Origin: Raillietiella orientalis
Lineage: Eukaryota
Length of the DNA: 64,000 bases
Assembly (NCBI GenBank): GCA_036172245.1
Contig: JAYWIR010000010.1
Span: 4,092,001-4,156,000, forward strand
Direction of reading: 5' to 3'
Positions 1-13,499 of this stretch are shown piece after piece. Every line of letters starts with the position of its first letter. Positions within the stretch are counted from its first letter, which is position 1. Made by a program: the position numbers and the translations under genes. The notes beneath the pieces were generated by a model. It had not been told where the DNA came from. It was given only the letters and a program-made list of their open reading frames with translations, and ran no database searches.

Positions 1-327
1 GAAATGGCACTTCAGTATCGCCTTGATGCTTCAACACGGCACGCATTCTTCACGAACGATCAAATGCGTCCGCAAATCTCTTCTCGAACGTTCCGCACGC
101 CAAATACTCTTCTAATATTTATACTGTTATAATACTTATTTTGCAGTAATTTCTAGCAAGTATTTCACATCGCAGTGCAATTTGTATTTCTTCCATTCAT
201 AGCTTTTATGCTTTGCTTACAACTCCAAAAGATTTCTCCAACCTCACTGCTGCAAACTCAGGCTTTACTATGAGAAATTATTAAAAAATCAAGTAAAATA
301 ATATAAATACACACTATACACTATACA

Positions 328-330
<3 letters not shown>

Positions 331-363
<33 letters not shown>
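331..363. repeat. (TA)n microsatellite
   Basis: Pure TA run; another lies at ~18723-18748. Confidence 0.9.
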
Positions 364-370
<7 letters not shown>

Positions 371-2437
371 CTATATACATATGTATATATAATTTGCAGT
401 TGTATAGATGGATGGATAAAGATTAGCCTTTCGAGATTGCTCATCACACAATAAAACGGAATTTTTTTCTGCTAAGGACTGTTGTTGTTTTGTACTGGGT
501 CCGCAGTAGTCGCTCTGTAAATCATGATGATGATGGATTGAAATCATTAATTCAAATTCAATCAAATTCAGACAACGGCTAGTGGCTCCACTCCTATTTC
601 ACCAGTTAGGTGATGCTGGCAATCGAATTTTATCATTTAGTATCATTTGATTCTAGATACCTGTCGACCTATGATTTCTATCATACAACTTCATTTCTTC
701 ATTTGATTAGATATTCAATATCATCTGAAGGAGACTGAAATCAAAAACAAAAATGGAAACTGTGTCTTTGCTCTCGAGAATTGCGGCCGTGATAGGCTGT
801 ATTCTATAGTAGGATGAAGTAATAATTGGAAAATGCAGCAATCATAAATAAGAAGACGATAAGAGGAAACGATTATTAGAAAGCTGTTTGTATGGCGCCT
901 TTTTTTTTTTTTTTTTTTTGTATTCTGATATTTTAAATTGTCGGTCCCCTTTTGTGTTTTACGTCTGTGAAAAGCTTCGAGAGTTTTTTTTTTTTTTTAG
1001 TAAGCTTACATGATCATAAAAGTGTGGTAATTAACTGAAACCCCTAATGGGTCCCTTTTGAGCAATATCCAGTTTACACACTTTGTAACACATATAGTGA
1101 AGCAAAAATATCTAAACCACCTAATGTTAAGCTAAAAGTTTCAAGTATGTATATATGCATCAAGTTTTTTACTCACTTTGAACTTGCAAAATATGTAAAA
1201 AAATTTATTTTCACATGAGGTAAGCTATAATATTACGGGTTAAACTTCGAGTTCAGATATTCAAAACACGTGGTCTTCGTTTATATTTGCATAACCTACT
1301 TAGTTATGAGAAATTTCCTCGACATGCTTTTTTTTTTCCTGATAATAGTTTCAGATATGCTTAATTTTTCGGTCTATCAAAGCGAAGATATTACATGCAT
1401 ACTTAATGTTGATATCATCGTATTTAGACGTTTTATCTCCATGACTAGGTAAAAATGTCGTTCAAGTACTCTTGCAAATTAGATTCTTCTTGAAAACAGT
1501 GATCAAAGCTGCCCTTGTAAGATGATTGATGAATGAATTATAGTCTTTATATCAGAATTTGTTCCAAACTGGCCATGCTGGTTAAATGAGAGATTTTATT
1601 TACATTGGGTTGTAGTTATGCAAAACTTGCCATTTCAGCATGTGGAACATGACTTACGTATAATTCTCCTCCGCATAAATTTAACTGACTCTGAATTTCA
1701 CGTTTATGGCAAAAAATAACGAGCAAATGTGAACACCGTGTGTAGTTCTTTCATGAGGACATGATTTTTCAAGCACCCAGGATGGCGCTTGACAGAATCT
1801 TCGGGCAAGACTGGAAGAATCAAGCCAAGGTGAAATTAAAGTTTATCGACGTCCTCTTACGGATTCGGTGAAGAAATCGTCTATACTGAGTCACCACAGA
1901 CTGACTTAATATGCAGCAAATACTTTTAAATTCGAAAATTATGTTGCCTGTTCCTTACTGTCACGTGGAATTATACGTACAGGAAAGGAATTATTGTACT
2001 GGATGTCCGTAATTGATTAAATGTAGTTTCAACAGTGCTGAATCGTAATGCTTGGAAGGCCGGAGCTTAAAAAATCACCACGTTCTCATCAAAGATCTTG
2101 GCTGATTTTTGCACAAGACGCAACTTGCATGTCCGCTGCACCTTCGCCGAATTCTGTATTATAGAGGATCGATACGGTATTCGACTCTTTGTTTGTTTTG
2201 TTTTGTTTTTTCTCGATATCTTATAAGATAATTGCAACCTAATGCCTAGTCTCCTTCCCGCGGTGAACCACGGTCCTCTGTCTTCTTCTCAGGACTGCGT
2301 GGGGATTTTTTTCTCGTGGTTGTTTGAGGATAGGAGCCACCGTATATTCGAGACAGAGATGTGACCTACTAGTGAGGAAGTTGCAGAAAGTACTATTCAT
2401 GTAGCAATTCTGTGCTTTTGAAGAGCTAATAAATAAA

Positions 2438-2458
2438 ACACACACACACACACACACA
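2438..2458. repeat. (CA)n microsatellite
   Basis: Pure CA run at the apparent 3' end of the minus-strand RLE relic. Confidence 0.9.
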
Positions 2459-2459
2459 T

Positions 2460-5200
2460 TCTTGAATTTTATATGCCTAGCGAGAAGGTTCTATGAATTA
2501 CTATTAATTGGTTTACAGGAGGTACCCTCGGATCCGATTCTTGAACCATGGAGACTGTTTGCCACCGTAAAAAGGAGCGGCCTTCTTCCATGCTGAACCA
2601 ATGTCCCGGAACATGAGGGAGTCGAAATTATGTCAACTTGAATCCCACGTTTAGGCATGAAGGGCATACGCATCAGTGACCGACACTCACATTTCGTGTA
2701 CTTGACTGATCGGTACATCAGGTTTAGGCCAATTCCGCTGATGCACTCGATGTCGCTCTCGACAACAAAATGGAATATTCTCAAGCTGATAGCTGCACTC
2801 CAGGGAAGGGAGCGAGAGAGCCCAAGATCGTGAATTTATCCAGAATCCACTCTTGATCCTCAGGCTGGTATTCTATTGCATCATTTCTGTCCATGCTCGT
2901 AGAGTATCATTGATTTGACACTCCCCGAGCTTGCATGTGGATATTGAAAAGGGAAACCCTGTTTTAGAACGCCCCGTTTCCGATAAATCGGCCATGCAAA
3001 TGAAACGGTAAAAAGCTCCACTTGAGCAAGAAATGGCTTCCAGAGTGCTGAGCTGGAAATCAAGGATATAAAACAGGAACTTGGCGATTCGTTTGAAGCC
3101 CGTAGCTAGGTTGAAAGTTGCAGCTTACCCCGAAACCCGAAGTTCCAATATCAGGTTTAGGCTCGGATAGTGCATTTGTTCCATCTTCATCAGTCCTCGA
3201 CTGCGCCATCTTGTCCATCTAGGACGCACTGCGAGGAGTCCGCGTCCGAAGAGATGGCGGTGTGTTGCGAAGCTGCGGGCCAAGGGCCCACGGAAGCGCG
3301 GCGTCGCCGGTGCGTTCCGGGACGACACCCGTAACTCCCGGTCGGCGCCCTTCGTCCCTCCGCACACCCTCTTCCCGGTGGGCTCGTTGAATCCCCTGCC
3401 CATCTACGACGACGTGGGCGTTGCCGCCTCGGTGAGGCTTCGAGCTTTTCATCTTGTCCATCTGGGACTCACTGTGACTCGTGTCGAGTCCTCTGTACGA
3501 AGAGCGTGGATCAGAGCCGAAGTTCGATCGAGGTGCGTTCCACTTTGCTAGTGAATTTTCGCATCGAACTGTCGTCGTTTGCTGTCTTCCTCCTTGCTGT
3601 CCCATTCGTTTCTTACTTTTTTTTATCCTCCCCTCTCTCATCACACTTCTGGATTTCCTGAGGATTTCAGGGATTTCGAATAGACCTTTGCTCTGTTCTC
3701 TAAATCTTCCCCTGATCAAATCTGAACAGTCTCCTCAACAGGAGCTTCCACTTCTCCATTTTTCACAAGAAAGAGCTTGCCCTAAAGCTCGATCATGTTT
3801 GCTAGAGCCAGTCTCGATGATGCTTGACACCCCTGTTGACCCGTTGACACACTCGTTGCAAAGTTCCTTTTTGATCTTTGCCACTACCAAGTACGTGTCC
3901 CCGGTAAATCAAGTTATTGAGAATCCAACAAGGAAAAAAGCCCGTTGTTCCCCTTTATCCTTCAAACTTCGTATCAGCGGTGACCCCAGTAGTGATCCAG
4001 TTTCCGAATTTGCTCTCTACTGGAGGACCACCGGATGCTTCCCTACCTTCCGAGTCAAAGATCGTAGAACCAAGCTGGCAAGAGGAGCACCGGGAAGAGA
4101 GCTCGAGAAGAACGGACGGAGTAACCACTAGAGGCACCTTATTGTCTCGCACCTTAGAACAAGAATGCGCTGAAGAACAAAAAGAGATTTTTTTCCCAGC
4201 CATCCTGATGCATCTAACTATCGTAACACGGACCCCATCTCTATCAAGGTTCCTGTCGTCGATCTGGTGGTCCCGAATACCAGTCATCTGCGGAAACGAA
4301 GGATGTTCCGTGAAGAGGATTTCCATCATGAAAGTACATCCAGGTAAAATCAGAAGACGTGCTTCTGTCTTTTTTTCTGTCTTCTTTTCTGGCCTTGATT
4401 TGCCTCACGAAGGTAGGAATAGATCCTTGCTGTGACAGCTATCCTGTATACTAAGATTACCTGACAACTCTACCAGTTTTTCTCTGATAGCTCGAGATCA
4501 GGAAGAACTATGCTACCGGGAGCAGCTACCATGTAAACACACTTAGCAGTGACATCCTTGTGTTTCCCTTTCTCTGTTCTGCTCTGTTCTCTGAGAGCTC
4601 TGCTGTTCTTACGAGAAAAGCGCCAATTTCACATACGATTTCAGGCATCTTGGATGAGACCATCTCCGAGGAAATCGTCCCTTCCATATACTTTTTCCTT
4701 ATCCTTCGTAAAGGAAAGGTAAGGTACCATCCCTGCAGCATCTTTCCCTTAGAAACATGGGTTCTAAAGGAACTTTCCGGAATCACAGACTGCGCACAGC
4801 CGTTCGGCAGCAGCTGAACCGGATCGTCGTTGTTGCGATCTTCATTCCATCAGGAAAGGAATTTTCCCCCAGGAGCAGACGGTAGTCCCGAGATGCACAT
4901 CACTTAAGAGACATCCTGTCAGATCGAAGAAGCACTTTGTAGGACCGATGGGTGGATTCCAGGATCGTTTCATCCTCATTAAGGCATGGTTGAGGGGAAA
5001 TCAGATAGAAAGCAGTTCCGAGGTAAATACGGAGATTTCATCACCTGAGGGCCTCCAGTAGCGTCGATGAAAGAAGATCCGCTTACGGAAACAGATCGCG
5101 AGAGACGAGTTCAGATGAGTGGGATGCATACTTTTCACCTGAGTCTCAGATGAGTCTTCAAAATCCCCGAAAATATTTTAGTCTAGCAAAGTACGAGGCT
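2460..5200 (-). mobile_element. Degenerate R2-superfamily (RLE-type, possibly NeSL/Utopia-like) non-LTR retrotransposon
   Basis: In order on the minus strand: SAPG..PDG (~4880-4845), a degenerate GxKQGDP-like segment (~4050-4020), RVCG..QLR(H)NAI-like zinc-knuckle remnants (~3370-3250), KPDI (~3160-3148) and ILGSLA (~2830-2810), with many frameshifts. Confidence 0.6.
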
Positions 5201-5275
5201 GCCCTGAGAATTAGGAGGTGAGAGCCGGATAGTTACGAAGAAGTTAGCAGTGTTCAGGGGGCTGATGTTCTAGAG

Positions 5276-6093
5276 CGTAGGTCCCCAAACTTATTTGGCC
5301 TATAGAAAATTACTCAGCGCTTCCCTGAAAATGTACCTTCTCATTTACCAATTAACACAAATGGTTCGATGGAAATGAAATGTATGTAAATGTTAATGGT
5401 CAACAGTTTGTTTTTCTTTTGCGATTTCGTTCTCCTGTGTTCGTTGATATTGTAATAAAAGATTTGACAAATATATCAACTGTACACTTCAAAAAGTATT
5501 GTACCGACACGAGCCTGCTACAATTTGATTAGTAGTAAACACTAGAAGACACAGAAACGTATGGTAGATTTACACATATACATATATACTCACCTGTAAC
5601 TTGCCGTTTTATCAAAACTATTTTAAAAATTAATGCACTTGCACTATTTTTGACTGCTTCTCGCGCAGTTCAGAAACACTTTAAATTTGATTTCATAATT
5701 TCTCCCATTAATAGAATCGTAATTTAAGCAAGTAATGACTCACACATTCCTGCAGATGGATGCTGGGTTCTCCGACAGTGCGCTCGCCTGTCAACACGTT
5801 CTTGACGAGACTGCCCGCAGACTTGACCACTAATGGATTGCAACTTGCATTTTGTGTGTTTGTTGCGACTACGACTTCTCGTGGTACACAACAGATGAAA
5901 CTTGTACAAACGCTTTTTCTTTTTTTTTAATTTTCCCATCTTCTCCTCTTTCTTTATTCTTTCATCTCCCCCGCCTATTTTTATTCAACGCCCCCCAGTT
6001 GCACCTGAGGCTACTATCACCCCACCCCCCCATCCCACCCGGATCGTTCCAGCGCCCACCAGGGGGCGGCATCGCCCACTTTGGGAAGCACTG
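5276..6093. mobile_element. hAT (Buster/Charlie-type) non-autonomous element, 818 bp
   Basis: Imperfect TIRs: cgtaggtccccaaact ... actttgggaagcactg. The 8-bp flanks ttcTAgag (5268-5275) and ggcTAgag (6094-6101) match at 6/8 with a central TA. Confidence 0.7.
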
Positions 6094-7171
6094 GGCTAGA
6101 GGGATTGTGCGATCGATGGGGCAGAGGGCGTCCATGAAGACGCAGACCGTGTGATCCCTGGTGCGTCCCGGAGTTGGCGCTCGACGCCTGAACAGAAAAA
6201 GGAGAAAAATACCAAATTATGGTCTACGGCAGATAAAATCTGAAGGGGGATTCGAACTATTAGACGATCAACCACTGGCTAAAGCAAACTCTGGTGTTTA
6301 AGAATTATCGAGAAGGATTGGTGAGGTACGGAAGCTGGCAAGCATGTCTATTCGCTTTTTTTTTTTTTTCGGCTTTTGTGATGGAGCCGTCCGGAAGGAT
6401 TGCCGTTCCGAGTAGCATTCACCACTCGGAGAGAGGAGTTTATTCGAGGAAACGAATAAAGCAAGTTCCATTCCGAGGCGGGACATGGCAGAGAAATTTC
6501 CTTGGTCTAATAATCAGGAAGATTAAAGAACAGCTTTTATCTTGATTGCCTTCAATTCCTTTCATCTGGGATGCTTCCTTCCATTAGGAACTGTACGGCT
6601 ACATTATCTCTCTGCAGACTGCATTCGGCTATAAAAACAGCAATAGTGCATGCACAGAATCTCATTACTCTGCCTATACTTTGAAGTATGAGAGAAGAAT
6701 CTCACATTCACCGAACGGGATCGAACCCATTTCGGCTCAGAAACTTCCCTGACACCAGCAAAGTTGATAAGAACAAAGTTGAAATTTTCATTTTTCCTTC
6801 AGGGAGCCCTCACTAGCAACGTGACCGCTGCGAAAGATTCCCTGATCAGATGTTAAAGACCAGCCCTTTCCCGGTAGCGGCTGAACCTTATCTTGCCTTT
6901 ACTTGTTTATGAAAATGGCTGACTGATGAGACCTCTTAAAGATTACCTGTGCGAGAACTGCTTGCGTCTGGCGCAGGGGAAGGTGAACGTTGTGCATACT
7001 GTGGCATCCCCAAAGGAAGAAAGGGAAAGGTCGGTGGGTAACTCGCAGCCCGTTGACACAAAAAGGCTGCTCACCTCTGAGACCGAGGGAGCAGCAATAG
7101 ATCCCCGTTTTGCCATCAGAGAAAGCCTGATCGAGGTGGTTGACCAAAATATCGGAAGAATGACTCTAGGG

Positions 7172-7459
7172 CAGCGTTTCCCAAACTTCCCCTATGACGG
7201 AGCACTTCAGAAATCCCGAAATTTCAACGCAACACCTTGGTTGTTTTGTAGGGTAGGTAGATAGTAATACTAAATAAATTAAGCAGCTAAATAGAAGAGT
7301 TAAGAAAACAAAACAAGCATTTATTCTCAGATTTTAATTGTGTAAAGCAAACTTAACAGTACCTAAGAAAATATATTAATTTTCATAATGTTTCACGGAA
7401 CACTTATTGACCTTCCGCGGAACACCGGTGTTCCGCAGCACATAGTTTGGGAAACTCTG
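7172..7459. mobile_element. hAT (Buster/Charlie-type) MITE, 288 bp
   Basis: 16-bp TIRs matching at 15/16 (cagcgtttcccaaact / agtttgggaaactctg). The flanks ctctaggg / ctcttgga match at 6/8. A perfect 20-bp subterminal palindrome gcggaacaccggtgttccgc lies at 7417-7436. Confidence 0.85.
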
Positions 7460-8299
7460 CTCTTGGAGTGTCCTTTCGTAGAAACGGCTATTCTGAATTC
7501 CAAGCCTCATGTAAATGGGATTGGAATGGATTCCCAGCACAGCAGATATTTTGCAATTCTGTTGATAGTTTTTTTTTAAAAGGGTATGAGCATTCCTCAG
7601 AGGCAGTGATGCCACTCTTCGCTGGAAACATCAATTCGAAATGTATTCGAATCAAAAAAAAAAAAAGCAAACCTGTACACATGTGCATTCCTAGATAGGC
7701 AAGCACTGATAAGGGAAAACACACGTGCAGATCTATCTGCAGAATTGAATTTGTGTTTATAGTGGCCCACTCGTTCTCGGTTTTCAATTTTCTCAGATAA
7801 TTCTTCGGAAAGACATCATAATGACAAATATCCTTGCGGCATTTTTTCGCTCATTTGCTCTCCGCTGGTGCATCGATTCGAAAGGATTCACGTAGTTGTC
7901 AGATGCATAGCGTTGCTCCCTAATGATGTAATGCGATTCGAAATTTTTGCCGAGTAATCTCGGATAGCATTATAAATTTTGCATAGGAAGCTGATGGAGT
8001 GAGAAGAACGCATCCTGTTCACCTTGTAGGATCCCCCAGTATCCATGCCGTCGATATGGCGAAGTCCACCGACCTACCACCCGGTCGACCACTGCCGTCG
8101 CAGACGATTCGTCATCTGCACATGGAAAGTCAATTGGCGTGCACTGTCCGAATTTCAGACCATTTTACGTTTTTTCCAGATTCATGAAGTCCTTACAGAT
8201 GCATTTTTCTCTTGGTTGCAGATCATTAAGCTAGATGAAATGACTGCCGCTGCAGTTACTGAGGTAACTCAATTCACACAGTGATTCACATCTCTCACC

Positions 8300-9800
8300 T
8301 GGAAATCAGATGTGCCCCCCACCCCCCACCCATTTTGTTTCCGGCCATTGGTGACTTCAATCATGCAGTCAGTCTGAGCACTTCCTCACCCTACGAGTCA
8401 CTCGTGGATGCATGGGTCATTTCAGCACCCATGAAAAGCTGGCATCGTCTTCCCTCCGAAAGCCCCCGAGTCGTTCTGCTCGTCTCTGTGATCCCGTGTA
8501 GGTATCTTCGTTCTCGCTATAATTTCCGGAAGCAACGACGTCACGTCCGATGTTCCGTGAACACCGTATGTCCATAATATGGTCTAAGATATGATGCGAA
8601 AAGCCCCGTTAATCGGTTACTGGCCACACCGTTTCCTTCACAGAGCATTTTCTTTAAAACAATAAACACGAAATGATTCCAGTCTTGAATGGGTATCATT
8701 GTGATTGGGCAGTCCCAGGGTTTTCCTGCCGCAAGCCCAAACCATTAGAAAGTCCTCTAGCTCTCTGGAGCTCCGAATTTTCCATACAGCTTACTTATAG
8801 GAATTTCAGCTTGATGCCTAGCCTCTTTTCTTTTTATAGGCAGCAGAGAGATCCTGGTTCCTGGACTGCCTATAGGAACTCCTTGTTCTCCTTGAATCCA
8901 GAAGGATTTCTTCTTCCTCTTTTCCTTCGAAATATGCCCGTGTTGATGACACCTCATCCAGCGTTGTACACATATGCTTGTGAAACATCTGTTCCCTTAT
9001 CGATAGATATTGTCAGGACAGTTTTGAGCTTCGCTGGCTACCTCACAGGTCCATGGGACAAGATGAAATCTTTCAGGTTGCTTCTTAAATCGTTCCAAGC
9101 AACCACGAATTGCTGTACACAGGATCATGTATACATATCCTCTTTCCACAGTGACAGGAAAGGTTCCTTGGATCATGACTACTTTCACAGGCATAGCGTG
9201 TCTTTGATCAACACAATTGACAGCTTCTACATATCTTCTTGTCTGCCCTCCTTAAAACTAGAGGAGGAACTCCGGAGGCTGCGACTTCATCGCGAATCTT
9301 TAACTCTCTAGCATTCGCATGGTGTTGCTACCCAGAACCATTGGGATGCAGATGTAGAAACTCCAGCTCTTCACTACGAGCGCTCCAATCTCCAGCCTTT
9401 TTAAAGAATCCAAATTTTCTCTCTGAAAGCCTGAAGAGAGTCTTCTGCAGCACTTTTTGTGTGCTTCAACAGTATTGAAGAGTTAGGCGAAATGCGATGA
9501 GTGCAAACGCTGAAAGGGATCGTATATGAACTCTCCTGTGGCTAATCATGTCCGTGATAGCGGCTCTGTAACCTCTCACTGATCACTCATTCTTCCTGAT
9601 TCCCCGTATTCTTCGCTCTTAGTTGGACAGGTTGAGGCAATTATGACAATGCGTGTCAATGTGCTCCAGGAAATAGCGTTGCTGACCGTGCATGGTGGCA
9701 AAGTGAATCTGGTGGACGTAAAGGAGAACCTGATCTTTAGACATTTCATACCTGCAGCCAGAAGAAGCAAACAGATCGATCCAAACATCCTAGTTGTATG
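8300..9800 (-). mobile_element. Decayed LINE reverse transcriptase relic
   Basis: YRAAIT (~9570, cf. YRPIS), EQGVPIGSP..ISLL (~8890-8840, cf. GVPQGSPLSPLL) and RYLHGI (~8500, cf. KYLGI) occur in order. The relic probably extends upstream to ~11.3 kb. Confidence 0.45.
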
Positions 9801-11799
9801 TGGAACATAAGTTCCAAAAAGATCCTTTGGTTGTAGAGATGAAGCTGGAGAATCGTCTCAAAACCGTTTGAGATCATTGATCAAGGAACTGATGGTTTTC
9901 TGAAACAGGAGTCAGCACATGAAGCAGCAGTGCAAGTGGTCGCTACCAACAACGACTGCTCGTAAGTCATCGAACACCCTGCTTGCGATGGCATTCGAAA
10001 GCACACTCGGTAAACTCGGGAACCAAAAGCTTTCTGGTACTTCCGACACAGTTTCTTATAATCTAAACAAATTGAGCATTTAACATCATTAATCTCCAGA
10101 GCCATCGTGTCTACTCGAATGCTTCGAATTGTGCTTCGAATTCTGACTGTTTGGGGGGAGGGGGCAGTGATTTGGGTCAAGAATTTTCCCTTCAAACTTC
10201 TTGAGGAGAACAAACAGTTCGAAACATTTTCAGCGTCTTCGGTGCGAACTGTGATCACGCGACCGGTCTTGTTCATGTCTGCCAACATCCAGCACTGCTA
10301 ATATGTGTAACTGGACGCACCAGCTAGTACCTTCCGGACCTGACCGAGAGCAGACCCAAGTGGTGACACCGCCAGAATCAGGCCACCTATATCTACAGTA
10401 TCCCAAAACGTCGAAGCCAAGCGAGCGGGCTGGGTGCTGGGCTGGGCTGCAACACTACCAGAAACTCCCGTTTTTTGAGGGAACGGCTGGCAGTCTGAAT
10501 CCCGGTGGTGGGGTCCGCCTGGCAAGGTCCTCACGTCGAGAAGTAGCATTCCTCACTCTTTGACACTCGTCGCGGGAGACCGGAGTTTCGCCAGCCGTGC
10601 CAAAGGCAGGTAGAGGAAGCGGCCTAGACCGTGGAGAATCTTCCCCTCGCTGCGCTTTGCGTGATTCCGAGTCCTCTAAATTAACGCGGATGCATGATTC
10701 TTGCTTGTGATGGAACGCTACCAGACAGGCGCATCAACGGAAATGCAGCCTGGTTCGAACAAGAGGCAGCGCAGGATTTGACTTGGTTATCTTGGTAGAG
10801 TGTGCTCGTCTGGTCCAATAGGCAAAACACCGGTAAGGCATTCAGCGGCGACCAGAGTACGAAACCCACTCTCAAAATCACATGGCATCATGCTTCAGAA
10901 GTCTCTCCAGAGTCTCTTCAGAAATCTCTTCAGTGGGTTTCGTGCAAAGAGGGCTGGTCGATCAGTGAGTGGCCTAATATCAGGATGCAAAACGCAAATA
11001 GTGATAACAGCTCAAAGAGGAGCTTCCCATGATGGAGATCCTCTCGAATGGCTGTTTCTTATGCATTCAAACAGAGGCGTCGTGCATTTTAGGCAAGCCC
11101 TCAGGAAAACAACAACAGCGGTGTAACCACGGAGCAACTTTGCAGAGACCCCTCAAATGCCGCAAATGCCACCGCGACCGTTGCGTCTTCATCGCTGAGG
11201 AAGCGCCGGCTTTCGAACGGGAAACCACGAAACAAAAAATTCACAGTTTCCTTACCGGAGCCCCGGATTTAACGTTTCCGATTCGAATCGTGACCCAGAG
11301 CACTTGGATGGAAAGCAATGAAGGAGCAATGGAGAAATGAGTACGTTTGAGTGGGCGGGGAAGCGAATGAGAGGCAGAAGTCATAAAGTGGCTGAGAAAA
11401 ACAGGGCATTCGGGAGATTTCCAAGAAGGAAACTTCATCTGTTTGATATGTTTCAGACGAGGAGTTGTGCATGATCTTGGGAACACAAGGGAAGAAAATA
11501 ATGAGTTGGATCAGCACGTGAAATTTAAAAAATCGAAAGATTTTTTCTTTGCAATCGTTGACTTTGGAAAGGTTAAACCCGAATAAGCGCATTGGTTCAT
11601 CTTCCTCAAACGCCAGCAGGTGGTGCATGTTTAGAGGATGTGCTTAGAAGCTGCATTACTGTAAACTTCTTACAGAATGGAAAAAGCCTTTTTTCTCTCT
11701 CTCTCCCTCTCTCTCGGTTTCTTTCTTTCTTTCTTTTTTTTTTTGTGTGTGTGTGTGTGAAAAAAAAAAAAATGCAAAAGCTCAAACTATCTTTTCGAG

Positions 11800-13450
11800 A
11801 GACTGTGAGAATTTTCATGAGACTTCGAAGAAAAGCAATCACGAGCTCTTCTCATCCGTGGCAAGTCTTGGCCAAAACGAAACTCGGATACATCTGTATT
11901 AAAAGGCTCATCTACAAAAAGACGTGGAAACTGACACCGAGAAATCGATCCAGATTCACGGAAGGACAAGGAAAGAAACGGGACCCCAATGAGGGTGAAA
12001 ACGAAGAGAGGAAAGCGCACAGATGATTTTCCTCGAGCTGATGGGGGCGTCTTCTCAGAGGCCAGAGAACTGATGCCACGGTGCTTTCGTACTGCAAGGG
12101 AAGAACAAGAAAAGTTCCCATCATTCAACCAACTTCAGAAGAAGGCTGGGAAACTTTGTTAACCGCGGTGAACTCTTCAGGAGAACAAGAGATCGTGTGA
12201 TCGCAAGCTCAAGCGTGAAGTTTCCGATTCCTCTGGAAACCCAGAAGCAAACTCATCCACAGAGAACCAACTTCATGGAATTCCTGATCATGTTCCAGCA
12301 AAAATCTCCTACCCACTCATACCTTCATGTACCTCTCTCCCCACTTCCTCCCAACATCCCGGACCGCTGCAATTTTTCAAACCCCATCTTTCTAACTTCT
12401 ACTGATGGGATTTTTTTTTTTTTCCTTTTGTTTCATTTCACTCGAAGTTCCTGCAGGATGCAACCGGCCTGCGAACTTGACGCAGAACAACTCCCTGACC
12501 CTCGGCTTGCTTGTCCAGGGGCGCGCAACGAAAATGTGTGGATCGCATTCTGTGCGCTTCTCTGAGGCAGAGAATCGCAGCGATTTCTGAAGCAGTAAGA
12601 TCCGACCGATCCGCTGAACAGAGCCGCTGTCTCTTTCTTGATCTGCGAAAGGCACGTGGTTCGCTGCTGTGTTTGCTTGGATCCGTGCCCCCTAGGTTGT
12701 GGTCTATCGTGGGAGCACACACGGAGTTGTACGCAGAGTGTGCAGAGGAAAATGATCGTCTGTAGGAACTGCGCTTCCTTTAGAAGTGCTGCAGAAGAAA
12801 TCCCGAGAACGTCACAAACTTTCCCGTGAACTCGAAATTCAAAAAGCTGGTGGAGAACTTGAAAACCACCAATGCTTCGGCTCGTTTCCGAAAAGAACAG
12901 TGGATGGAAGCACGCCAGAAGAAATGGAGGAACATGATGGCAAAAGAGAGATGAGAACCCACAGATGACACAGATGGATGGACCGTTGTTACAAGTTCGC
13001 AGATGTCCATCCTACCATGAAATGGGAACCGATTGCGAAAAAAAGAAAAGAAAAAAAAAAAAGAAACAGGAGGAATATCCCACCCTTGAGTAGAATCTAG
13101 CAGGATGCATCTCAGAGATCCTGTCTCTGCCTTCTCCAATAAGAACGTGATCAAGAAACTTGAAATGCTGCTTTCTGTAAGGACGCACAAGAAAGACCTT
13201 CTGCCCGTTTAGAACTTGAATTCCTCACGTTGCAGCAACCTCATCTCATTTTCAATCAATTCGAAGATGCTGCTATGAGAGGCACTTTCGAGATTCGCCT
13301 GAGAAATTCATTTGAAGCCTCCGACAGACCGACAAAAGCAGTTAACGAAAAATTTCTGTCGAGACTCCTTTCAGTCTGAGACTCGAATTGGCTCTTCCGT
13401 GGAAGAACCGATGGCCTCTTGGTCAAATCTCAGCGTTGCTGCCTTGACGC
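11800..13450 (+). mobile_element. Decayed CR1/L2-like LINE RT relic
   Basis: CNRPANLT (~12460, cf. NYRPISLT), LFLDLRKARGSL (~12630-12665, cf. FLDLxKAFDSV) and YKFADV (~12990-13007, cf. KFADD). Confidence 0.6.
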
Positions 13451-13499
13451 AAATTCGCCTTGAATTTGGGTTGCTAGTATACGAAAGCTAACAGTAAGG

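Noticed and set aside
6240..6735. tRNA genes (B-box-like at ~6247-6256 and ~6717-6728)
   Set aside because: These are isolated box fragments with no cloverleaf, at most SINE remnants.
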